The notes beneath the pieces were generated by a model. The model saw only the letters and a list, made by a program, of their open reading frames with translations. It was not told the DNA's origin and made no database searches. From NCBI GenBank assembly GCA_964304625.1, contig OZ199839.1, forward strand, positions 1 through 64,000: a stretch of DNA of 64,000 bases, in the 5' to 3' direction. The position numbers and the translations under genes were made by a program. This DNA comes from Kudoa neothunni (lineage: Eukaryota > Animalia > Cnidaria). Positions 13,280-24,949 of the stretch are shown here, piece after piece (within the stretch, counting starts at the first letter, position 1; each line of letters starts with the position of its first letter).

Positions 13280-14800
13280 TATAGGGCATTCAAACAGAAT
13301 ATGTGCGAAATAAGGATGGTGGATTATCAAGCAGTATTTATGACTGTTTTTAGGTCACATATCGAGACTATTTGATTTTCCTAATAATAATCAGTATCAA
13401 CATTGCATTTTGCTGATCCTGAGACGTTTTTATAAGGTTTATTGTTTTTTTTCTTCGTGTATAACCTTTCCTTGTTTCAATTCAGCAATCTCATCCGCGT
13501 TGTAATGTAGTTATGTAGCAATAGATTAAAAATAAATCAATTCTATCACAGTCGTACAGAAATGCAATAATTGGTGATATAATATTTACGTTAAATTTGC
13601 CATAATATATGTTTAAAAATTTCTTCTTAAATTAATCTTACGATTTCTGAATAACGGATATTTGTCGAAATAATTTTCAATAATTGAACTCGTCACCATT
13701 TCCCACTCTGCCTTTAATGTACTTGGACACTCAAAGATAATATATTGGAACATCATCGTAGAATCATTAAAAAGAAACCGACTAGCGAATGATTTCCTGC
13801 AGTTAGACTTTTAAATAATGGATGATCACAAAATCTATTGATTTGGTTACACAAGAACCTAGTATTCTTTGGAAGAAAGCTCATTTCGATATAATTAAAC
13901 TGATTCATTGATTGAGGAGGATGAGATTTTCAACGTTCAAGAATAAGTTTTTCAATTTTATTCGTCAAACTGCCTACCAATGTTTTGAAGGATTTCGAAA
14001 ATATAGCTGCTGACACCTAGCCATTTTGTGGAAAAGATAATTTACTGGGAGGTTATTGACTCCATGAAAACAAGATGACTTTTACAATTTTCCTACGACC
14101 TGCAGAAGGAATTTCTCGCCTTTGAACGAAGCAATTACCAATTACCATGATGGTGAGGTGATGCGTTTTGTCGAGAACTTCATTCCTTTCAAATCGATTT
14201 CATTTTCTAATGGCATATGTTCATTGTTACAACTGTTCGTAGATGAAAACATTATCGTCCGAATTGGTAATTTCTACACATTTTTACCTCTGTAAATCTT
14301 CAGGAACCCATTAGATCCATTCAATACGGTATTTATATCAGTACTTCCAACTTTATCATGCAATATAATGTTCTTCTAACAGTGATTAATCTTGATATTT
14401 GGAAATAGATACTTACCGAACAATACGTTTTTAATTTTTAGGATTTTGGCTACTGTTTGCAGTTTATTTGTTGATTAGAAATCCAGAATTCTTTTTCCTC
14501 TCGCCGAGGCACAATCCAATTGTGAAGTCAGCTTTTAAGCTCGCTATCTTTTCCATACCTTAATTCCTATGCGTTCAATGGAAATATTTGAACTAATTGT
14601 ATCTGCTTATTTTGAAAATAATCCATCGAGAGAAGAATTAATTTTGTTGACTCAATATTTAATGTCCATCGGGTGATAGGTGACATTAGCTACTTGGCAA
14701 ATTAAACTCTCATTAATCATACATTTGGATCATTGTATTAATTATATAGACTTGTAATATTGAATAATTTTCTTTTATTTCATTTATATTTGGTTAACAT
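13280..14800 (-). pseudogene. Possible highly decayed non-LTR retrotransposon RT relic
   Basis: Scattered minus-strand motif remnants only: GVPE, SDDNVFI (xxDD-like), and HILFECP / YIIFECP (zf-RVT-like). No long ORF. Confidence 0.3.
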
Positions 14801-15543
14801 CTTCACATTTCAAATTTTCCAATGCATTAAAGGGCGAATTAAGCGGATTGTTTTCCCGAAAAAATAGCCACGCAAATAGCGAGACCCTCTATCTCGATGA
14901 TCCCAACTTTTTAAACTTAATTAACAGTCTATATGAGATATAGTAAAGTTTAAAATGTAGTTTTATCGAATCTCTTGAATATTCAGAAATAAATAATAAT
15001 TAAAAATGGAAAACCCACGCTTTATCGAGGTCTTACTGTAATTGAAAATTTATTTGCGAGCCATAGGTTCCCGATCTCTGATGTAGTAAATAAAGGTTGC
15101 CAACTTATTAAGCAATAACAAGGCACAAATATAGTCGGATGTGGCTATTAGTCCATTTATGTAATTCCGTAATTTTTCTTTAAATTTGTTTTTATATTAC
15201 TTAAACAAAAAATTAAAGGATTTTATGGTAATAGTTATGTCAAAGAGCATTAAAAAAGTTTATTTTAATCTTGAGTTTAGGCAAGATGATAATAACATAT
15301 TAGAGACTCTACTAGATAACTGTTTTATTATGTAAAGTTCGGAATCGACTTTCATTCAAATCTCACTCTAACAACGAGACCTTTCTTAACTAGCGCAGTT
15401 TCTATCTCGTGAATAAAGCTGCTGTTAGGCCCAAGGCATATTTATGTGCTTAACGCAAAGTTATAGCTTTATCCATCATATTTGACCGAAATAAATATTT
15501 AAATATTGTGAGTTATAAATTTAGATTAAATAAAAAAATTAAA

Positions 15544-17558
15544 ATAAGGCTTTTGGTCTGATCGTTATACTGGGCTGCATTAGTCGCTCTGAATTGTGGA
15601 TATTTTATGTGTTAAAACAAAGTTAACATGAGATAACGACGGTTGTGGCTAAACCAACCAGATCTATCCATCCCACTAAGTATCACAGAATATTTTATGT
15701 TACATTCATCCTAGAGAATTATCAATTAAATGTCTTATATTGACTCTTCCATAGTATGCTTAATGGATTTACTCTAGATATAACGTTTAAATTTGTCCTA
15801 AAAATATAAAATTGGATAGATGATTGGGGTATCCAATCGTTCGTGGCGAAATCTATTGAAATATGTGAATGGGACACAAATAAGTCACACGAAGTCGGTG
15901 TGCACGTTTTCTATGAGTTATCTTATAAATATATGTATATTCATGTTGCTCGAATCAAGCATAACATTTTTTTCCTAGGTACTCTGAGGAGGATTACGAA
16001 AGATATACAGATGAATATTCTGAATATATAGCCCCTTTAGGAGAATTCGAAATACACATAAATAATAAAATCAAAATCGATGGGAAAAGTGGTGGCTTAA
16101 TTGATTTGCTAAGAAACAACTACAATTTCAAAAATGGAGAGATTCGTATTTTTTTATTATAAAGCTTAGTATAATATAAATTCTAGTACCTATTCCATTC
16201 ATTACCATTTCTCCTAGTAAATTTTCGGTTGGAATATTAACCAACAACCCTGATCTATATGATGAATGGATGGTGAAACAATTCTCCATCAATGATAAAA
16301 AATACACCGCGGTTGTGAATGACTTTTACTGTTTGGCTCTCGACGACATCATTTTCGAATCGTATAATCGACTATACCTTGTATATCATTTAGACATTCG
16401 GTTATGTTTACTTACTATAGTAATAGATACAACCTAAACATGAATCAGGTATTTCGATGAATGGCCTTCTTCATCCTTGTCTTCTAAGTGGAGTCATACA
16501 GAATCATCATAAATCAGCTCTATCATCCCGATGTTTTTCAAAACCTAAAATTAAATTCAACGTTGATTTTATTGGGTCGTATGATTGGAAAATTTGCAAA
16601 GCTCTAATATTCTCGATTATTCGCGATGGTCGAATTTGTGGCAAAAACCATGGTTGCAATTTTTCAAACCTCACCAAAAGACTCATTTCTAAGGAGATCA
16701 GAAAAATCTATGTATATTTATGTTTATTGAATACATGTAAATATTTTAAACCTAGCTCTATAATAATTATTACCAATTTACTGGAGGAACCAGTGTCAGT
16801 CTATTGAAATCATTAATCTATCATCGACATACAAAGTGTTCCAACGATAAAATTCATTCTATCGATGTATTTAACTCTTACGGAGTGATAATGTAATGGT
16901 GTAAAGGATAGGAATAAAGTCGCGTATGAATGTTTTTATTTGGATATAATGTACATTCTTATGTTGGATCGAGCTTTCGATAATCAGGATGCATCCATAC
17001 ATGCTGAACCATTGTAGCGATAATTTATCGTGTTACGTGGACTCTTATTAAAAAATTTAGGCCAACTTATGAATCTAAAAAGGATTATATTCACTTATTT
17101 GCTGACTCAATTTTTGGTTCAATATTCTCAGTGGAGCAAAATACTATAATGTAAATAGGTTGTTTTATACCTTATTAAATTAAATTGAACATAGTGAAAC
17201 AACCCACATAACAGATTTCCAACAATATTTGACTACTAGCATCAGTTTAATAGCGCCCACCACATCATTGTTCTCGACAACATCAATAACAGTTAAAGTC
17301 CCTATAAGTACGAGTGTTCAGACAATTTCATCCTCTACCTTGGAAGAAATTTTCATCGCTAATTTGCCAATATCATACGGTAGAAATAAAATTAAAACCA
17401 TTCTGAAACTACAAAGGATGCGCTCATTAATTACAACAACATGTATACTATCGCTTGTTTTGCTGGCTTTACAAAGCTTTTTATTTTACTTGATTTTCAA
17501 TAAAAAATCTACCTGCCTCCAAAGACCTGCTGATTTTCAATTTAGTAGAATGCGATAA
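15544..17558 (+). CDS. Divergent CD39/E-NTPDase-fold (GDA1_CD39) membrane protein with Ser/Thr stalk and C-terminal TM; catalytic motifs lost; 5' end carries lesions
   Basis: Open spliced frame of ~477 codons over exons 15820-15934, 15979-16145, 16187-16380, 16427-16711, 16756-16866, 16907-17013, 17061-17150 and 17195-17558. All introns GT-AG, 40-47 bp. Cys pattern FYC/HPC/SRC/KIC/RIC/HGC/TKC/YECF matches the CD39 C-lobe. Upstream signal-peptide-like segment has ATA (15544) and TGA (15559); a TAA lies at 15807. Confidence 0.75.
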
Positions 17559-18124
17559 TTCTTTTCTTTATTTATTCTTGCTTATTCCAATAAATTATTA
17601 CTCTGTCATATTGTTTATCTGTTTATGTTTGTCGATTTATTTGGCTATAACGCTTTAAGTGACCACTGATATTTATTTAATGCACATAATTTATTCTAGT
17701 TTAGCAATTTATTGCATATAGTTTTACAGCTTGAATTTGTGTTGTTGTCAAATAATAAATAAATAAACATTACCTGATTACATTTAGAAGATTTTAGGAT
17801 GATAATAATAAGTCGATTTTTCTACATTTTTATATTTTATTTCATATTAAGATTAATTAATTTCATAATTCATTAACTTAGTTATAAGCTGAAAATCTTT
17901 GGAACGGAATTTGTTGGCACAAGGCCTATGTGGTTATTTTGGAACAAAATTAAATTACGATTATTAAAGTAATGATAAGTGGCTACTAAATTTTTCCAAT
18001 AATGCTAAAAAATTTGGTTTTAAATTTTATTTGGATTCATTGTGAGTTATATATTAAACGATACTGCATTTTTTAACCTAAAGGAAAGTCAGAAAAAATC
18101 AAGGCGTAAAATAATAGTACAATA

Positions 18125-18770
18125 ATATAGTAGGCAATCGATAAAACGTACTTTCGTCAATACGAGGTATTCAAAGTTGATATTGGGTGACACGTTTTAT
18201 AATGTTTTTTGATTGTAAAAAGGGAATAATCTTGAAAATAATTTTTAATCAAACTAGGGAATTTCTAATCTGTTATATCACGTGGCCAGATAATCATACG
18301 CTCTTTTTTCGTCAAACCACGTAGATTATATTGTTTATATAAAAAACGAGGGAAAAATTTTAACTTTAACGATTGAATTGTTGAGCTGATAGAATAATTT
18401 TTTAAGATATCTATCAAGAAATGATCTTTACAATGAAAATAGAATAAATTTTATTTCAGGACAATGTTGGTTGCCACTTAAAAAATGTTATAGATGCACA
18501 TAAATAAAGATTTTAGGGTAAAAATATAAAGAAAATTTTTTCATGTTGCACTGAAAAATAAAAATAAAATAGTATTTATAATTTTTAAGAACTGACCATT
18601 CACTAAATTTTATCCCAATGTAAAAGGATATAAATATGATTAAAGTAAAAATTGCAAATTATTTTTCGGAAAATTAATCTTAATGTTTTTTAATTCGAAT
18701 TAAATAAAAGGTGTAATACCCATGCGGAAAAATAGAGAAAACACAAAAATAATATCTGCACACAAACGTT
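18125..18770 (+). repeat. Repeat family R, copy 2 (internally deleted relative to copy 3)
   Basis: 18130-18400 resembles 4020-4290 and 60090-60350; 18420-18760 resembles 61100-61470. Confidence 0.7.
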
Positions 18771-19845
18771 ATGATGGTCCTTAGGGGATTACGCATTATC
18801 GGCCGCCTATTGTAAATGACAAGATTGGTATATTTAATCACATACTAATATTAATAGGAAAATATATTTCAATTAAAAATTATTACTAACTATATAAAAT
18901 AAATTTTGTCACAACATCAAGTAAACACAATTTGATACGTTTTCGAGAAAATATAATATCTAAAAGTTTTATTTTTATTGTGGAATAAATCATTTGAACC
19001 AGTTAGAATAAATATTAAATTATATATAAAATTTAAATAGTAGTTTATAAAGAGAATTTAATCATAAATATATTGAAACTCCATTATTAAATTATTTTTT
19101 TACACAAATGATTAATATACAATAAAATTAAAAAAATATTTAAATTCAAGAAAATAAATATTATGCAACATTTATTATATAAAACTAAACCTGAAGATAT
19201 AACATTTTGAATTTATTTCCCCTAAATTAATTATCATATATTTTTTTACATTCATAATCATAGGATGAATTTTTTAATTCAATAGCTAAATATATCTATT
19301 ACATTTCAAATTATAGAATAAAGGATGTTATACAATCTACATAATTACATTCCGGCAACTATCTTATTTATTAACATATTTTATTAAATTTCATAAAGAT
19401 AAATTTGATACATCTTTATCGCCTTATTTACAAAAAAAATGTCGTTGACGCAAAGGTTTACGAAAGATTAACTTAATAACTGAGAACTAATAATAAACAT
19501 TTTTGCATCAAATATACAAAATACGATCACCCCATATAAATAAATTCTAAATGGACAACAGAACAATTTTTAGTGTACGCATTTTCATTCAATATTTTTA
19601 TAAATCTTGCCCTGAAAATTTTATAAAAGAAGTTACTAAGAAAATATTGAAAAATAAACTACTATTTAGAAATAAAGTTTCATATGATTAAAATATTTGT
19701 AAAATGAGTTTAATTAATTATATACAAACGAAAATATTTAGAGGCAGATATAACAATGGAGTTGATGAAATGAATCCGTTTTTAACACTAACATCTAATA
19801 TATTTTATCAAATCTTATTTTTATTATTTTATAATTTACTTGTTA

Positions 19846-21610
19846 CTAACCGTGATACCCGGTCCGGCTACGCTCGGGGTGTTGGGAATATTTAATCTTG
19901 GAAAAAAATTGAAATAAAAATGTTTTAAATTGTATTTTTTAATATAATTAACGTTTCATTATGTTAATAGCATAAACATCTGCCCGAAGTTTACTGCGCG
20001 AAATAAACAGTCATAAACGAAACAACAAAATTTTACTTAATAATGTAAGCAGTTATTATATTTAAGAAGAAACAGGAAAAACCCAATATAAATACATTGA
20101 AAAAACTATAATACAAACAAATGAACCTTATTTCGTTTAAATCTCATCATCATTATTTGCTGCATCCGTGGTTTTAAGAAACCATGAAAAGCAAATAGAA
20201 ATCGACGTATACGTGAGGAATTACAACGGAATACAACTATACAGTCAACGTATAAAGGAATATAGAATACGAAATTGAATTCTCACTTGAATTCTTTTAT
20301 TGGCTTGATAAGATGAATCATACCTACAAGAATGTGGTAAATTAATTTTTGAACATGGAATCTTATAAACGCTTACCAAAGAAATTTTGTCACATGCAAA
20401 ATCTTGAAAAATGCAGACAACAACGTTCAAAATACTTTCACAAGTATATTCAAAGATATAACAACAAAATACAAAGCCACTTTTAGATCTAACGCGTTTA
20501 TTTAATCAGGATTTGTTGTTTCTTTAAGATTTGGGGTCAAATTGGTCTTGGAATTGGATCGTAGTAGCTTTAAGACGATGGCGAACCGACATTTTACAAA
20601 ATGTATTTCTATGAAGATTTGCATATGCAAGCTTAGAATTGATCAGAAACACGTTTCCAGAACAGATACGTATTTTTCTAACACCCAAGATATGTTTAAC
20701 AATCAAAATAGCTATACTTTCAATTTTAAGCTTGTTTTGGAAATCCATCCAACTTCTAATGCCATTACAATGATAGATATTGACAGCATTCTTAAGAAGA
20801 AAATATAGGTTGATATAACACTCCAAGTCATTATTAATGGCCCCCATAAAGTTAGATCAGCAGCATGAAGTATTAGACATTTTTTTGTAAAATTAACGCA
20901 ACACACTTCAAACAGTAATCGAAACATAATAATCTCATAACCTACTGCAACACCCAAAATTAAATGTCGGGGATGATGAATGTTATCAGTTTTGCACTCC
21001 AAAAATTGGCAAACAAAAATGTGTCGTGTAAAGTTTCTACTTATATCGCTTAATGATGATACAATGATGTTGTTCCACATAACATGGTAGATAATTCCGA
21101 AAAATGAAATCAAAGAAACATTGTTTCATATAAATAAATTTGAATGAAATTTATATAAAAACTGAATTTAAATAGGCGAGTAAGATCCATAAAGATAAGA
21201 AAATGATAGCATAGCCAGTTACCGTAATATCTCCCTATAAACTATATTTTTGGTCCGACCATTCATTTGGAGAAAAACTGTATAAATTGTGTTTGGAACC
21301 TACCCTGGAGTTGGCGACATACAACTGCTCATGAGAAAAACGCGGTTGCTCCAAATTTAAATTGGCAACTTTGAAGGTTTGCTCTTGGGCCTTATTTACG
21401 AACATTGCAAAGCATGGTTTGATGGGAAATAGCAGTCTTCTAAAATTAAAGGTGGCGTCTGAAGGAGCAATCGGAATATTTACATTCTCTTAGGCACAAC
21501 CAGTTACGATAGTGGCCAAAATAAGATAAGACATTGGTGAATCCAAATTTCTTAGCAATACGATTGAGGTGCCTATCTTTAGGAGAAGTAGAAGCAGGTG
21601 GATTTCGATT
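19846..21610 (-). mobile_element. Helitron 3' portion: Pif1 helicase C-terminus relic plus 3' terminus
   Basis: ~21220-21600 minus reads LLLKIGTSIVLLRNLD..IPIAPSDATFNFRRLLFPIKPCFAMFVNKAQEQTF..FSHEQLYVANSRVG..RTKNIVYREIL. Hairpin (gcGTAgc) and TTAG|T at 19845-19880. Confidence 0.8.
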
Positions 21611-22220
21611 TGAAATACGTATTGATTGCGATTCTTAATCACACTCCCGCTATAATGTTGTTTCCACAGCTCTCCTCTTTTGAATTCGCCTACTTCGACG
21701 TAGCGTTGAACTGTGCGTACTAAATTGTATATCCATGCGAACAGTCTATTCGAAAGCGCGGTTGAGTGTGGGGTGCCTTGGTGCGTAGAGTCAAAAATAT
21801 TAACTCTAAAAACAATTAGGGATGCGATCGAATGATAATGTTTAATTGCAACAACTTATTCGCAAACAAATGTTTTGAGGAAGAAAAGAAGAAATTTCTA
21901 ATGCATAATATTAGAGTACTAGATGCAAAACATCAATATTAAAGTAATTGGAGGCGGAAGATTTTGCATGAAATAATAAAGTGTTAATTAAATTAATCAA
22001 TCTATCGATAAAAAAATTACCAGATTATGAGATGAAGATGTTTTACAGACTTTCGATGTTTTTCATTTCATTTAATAATTATAATAATAATAATAAATAA
22101 TAATAATAATTTAAAGTATTTGTTTATTGTATAAATTTGTTTTCAATATTACATCGATACACAGATTTATCGCCCATAACCTCTGCCCTAGGTGGCTCTA
22201 ATCCTCTCGATCATCTAAAG

Positions 22221-22858
22221 CAATGTTTCCCAACGTGGGACGTGGAAAATCCGTGGCATGGATAATTATGAGATAATTGGGCAGTATGGCGCACATTGAA
22301 ATTAATACTTCGATTATTTATCTTATTTATTTTTAAGCCAACTTTAATATTCTAAAAAAATACAAAAGCACTGATCAATTTATATAAAAACGTTTAACAT
22401 GGTTGTTGCTCAATAAAATCGGAATGATTATAATTCAAATGTCGTCACATTTATAACCGTGATTCCTTCCTTTTTTGACTTATCCAAAGACAATATTGAT
22501 TAATTGTCAATATTAATTATTTAATTTCGGTTTATAAGCCCGAATACAAAAAAGTTTTTCCTGGTGTGGGTTAGATTACCACAAGTTTCATTTAACGCGA
22601 CTTTTGACTGAATGAAGAAGTATAACTGTTAATTTTTAAAGTCCATCTATGAATTAAATTGGATCTGATCGAATATATTTTAATTCTAATGAAAATGAAA
22701 TATATATGTGTCATTTTCTAATTTTAATGTGGCATGAAACTTTATTCAAAATTATAAGCAGTTTAAGTTAAAAAATCAATACATTTGAAAAAGGTGGGAC
22801 GCGGAACTTATTTTAAAGAAAAAGTGGGGCACGATAGAAATAAGGTTAGGAAACACTG
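22221..22858. mobile_element. hAT MITE, second copy of the 4368-5049 family
   Basis: Colinear similarity along its whole length. Ends CAATGTTTCCCAAC / GTTAGGAAACACTG. TSD degraded. Confidence 0.88.
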
Positions 22859-24949
22859 ATATTAAATATAATAGAATATAAGGTTTATAAAAGATTTTTT
22901 CATACATTATCTACAAAAAACAAAAATATATTATTCGTAAAATTTATTCAGCATTGCCAAAAGCTTAGATAACATGCATTCGTGAATAGATACCTACTAT
23001 TAGTATCTATATTTATTCGGCGCCACGGATCCCCTAGGTCAGGGATTGGCAATCCGCGGCTCTCCACCTTATGTGTATAATATAAACTACAATATCTCAG
23101 GTTAAAAAAGTGGAGAAATCATGTAATTCCTAGCCGCCGAACTCACTATTACGTTCAAATTTTGAATTATCATTAGACTTAAACCATTTTTTAATGAAAA
23201 CATATGGGTAATGAAGGAATGTGTGGAACTCCAATTTCACCAACTTGAACTAATTTTTTTAATTTAAAACCTAAAAGTTAAATGTAAAAAGAAAAGATTC
23301 AGTAAAAGTAAATAATTTGTAAATGTTACGAATCCCTCACATAACATTATCCTATACACCTGCAATTATTAGCTAGACAAAATAACTTTTGATGTTCCCA
23401 TTTCTTCTGCATTTTTAAAATTGAAAATTGATTTTATCACTATATAAAATTGATCACTAATAAAAAGGTTAACATTACACTGAAATCTCTTAAAAATAAA
23501 CTTTAGAGTATTAAACATAATACACAGAATTTGTTTATATACACAATAAGTCATTAAATTAAACTTAAGGAAGTGTTAATGATTTTTCCTGATTAAAAGT
23601 ATTTTTTAGTAAACTTTCCTTCACAAAAAAATAGTTACAATTTCATTTTGATCAAATGTTATCCATTAAAAAGAATTCTATTGTAATATTAAACGTTCTT
23701 TAATTTTAATACCAGTAAAACCCCGCATAAAATATCGTTGAAACAATATATTCAGTAAAATATACTAGATAGTAAGTAATCCTTTCAATTTTAAAATATT
23801 AAATTATATGATTGATTTTCTTTTTGTGGGCGATAATATTCACAAAGATATCTTTTTTTATCGTTGGTTAGCTGTGTAGAGGTTAATGGTAGAATTTCTA
23901 ATTTATCATAGTGGCAATTATTTAAAACGAAATTACAGTATTATTTGAAGTAATCAGAATAATTAAAATGCATATATTTTTAATTTTAATATTTCCTCCT
24001 GCATTATATACACTAATAATCAAAATAATGGATTAGCTAAAGATAACGCATACATAGACTAATTTGATAATTTTCCCAGGTTTTTTTAAAATATATGTTT
24101 ACATAGTTTCAAGGATAGAAATTTTGATTTTCGAGTCTATATTTAACGTTCGACCCTTAAGAATCCACGGACTACCGGTTGAAAATCATTGTAATCGATA
24201 TTTCATTACAACTTTTCATAACACGGCGATCCATCTGTAAGTGAAAAAACCCCAGCATAACGTTTTAGAAAAATATATATAACTTCAAATGTTTTAAATG
24301 AAAATGTGGTTTCCTTCATAGTTAAAGATATAGTCATAGGTAAAAATTTTGTTGTAACAACTAAAAAAATAACTTGGTTTAACTCGCGACTAGTACATAC
24401 CATGCACCCTCAAATATGGTGGGCATTATATTGTTTTAGTTGAATGATGGACATTAAATCTCATTTTCGGGGTCGGTCTTATATTTGTGTTAGACCAAAA
24501 TCTCTACGCATTATTTAGCTCAAATAACAGAATTGACAACGAATTTTTTTAAATACACAAAATAATATTTTTATTGAACAAAATACGACGTAAAAAATAA
24601 TAAGATTTATATTTTATTAAAAAATGATGATAAAATGACAATAAATACCCAAATCAACTGTCTATAAAATATTACATCATTAAAATATTTAATATTAACT
24701 ACCCGACAAAATTACATTGTTATATATATTTTTATGTAATTCAGAATATCCAAATTTTGGGTATTTTACTAAGTCTTATATTAAAAACTCAACAATCAAG
24801 AACCAAGAATCAAGAATACCATTAGGTCTTCTTATTTTGGGGGAAACTACATAATCAAACCTATAGAAATGTACATAATGTAGAGAGTGAACGAAATTAG
24901 TAAAGTGATAATATAAGCAGAAAACGCATTTCTTTTTCTACGAAATACA

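Noticed and set aside
23040-24191. One hAT element spanning CAGGGATTGGCAA to GGTTGAAAATCATTG
   Set aside because: The ends are not mutual inverted repeats and the flanks give no TSD, so these are separate fragments.
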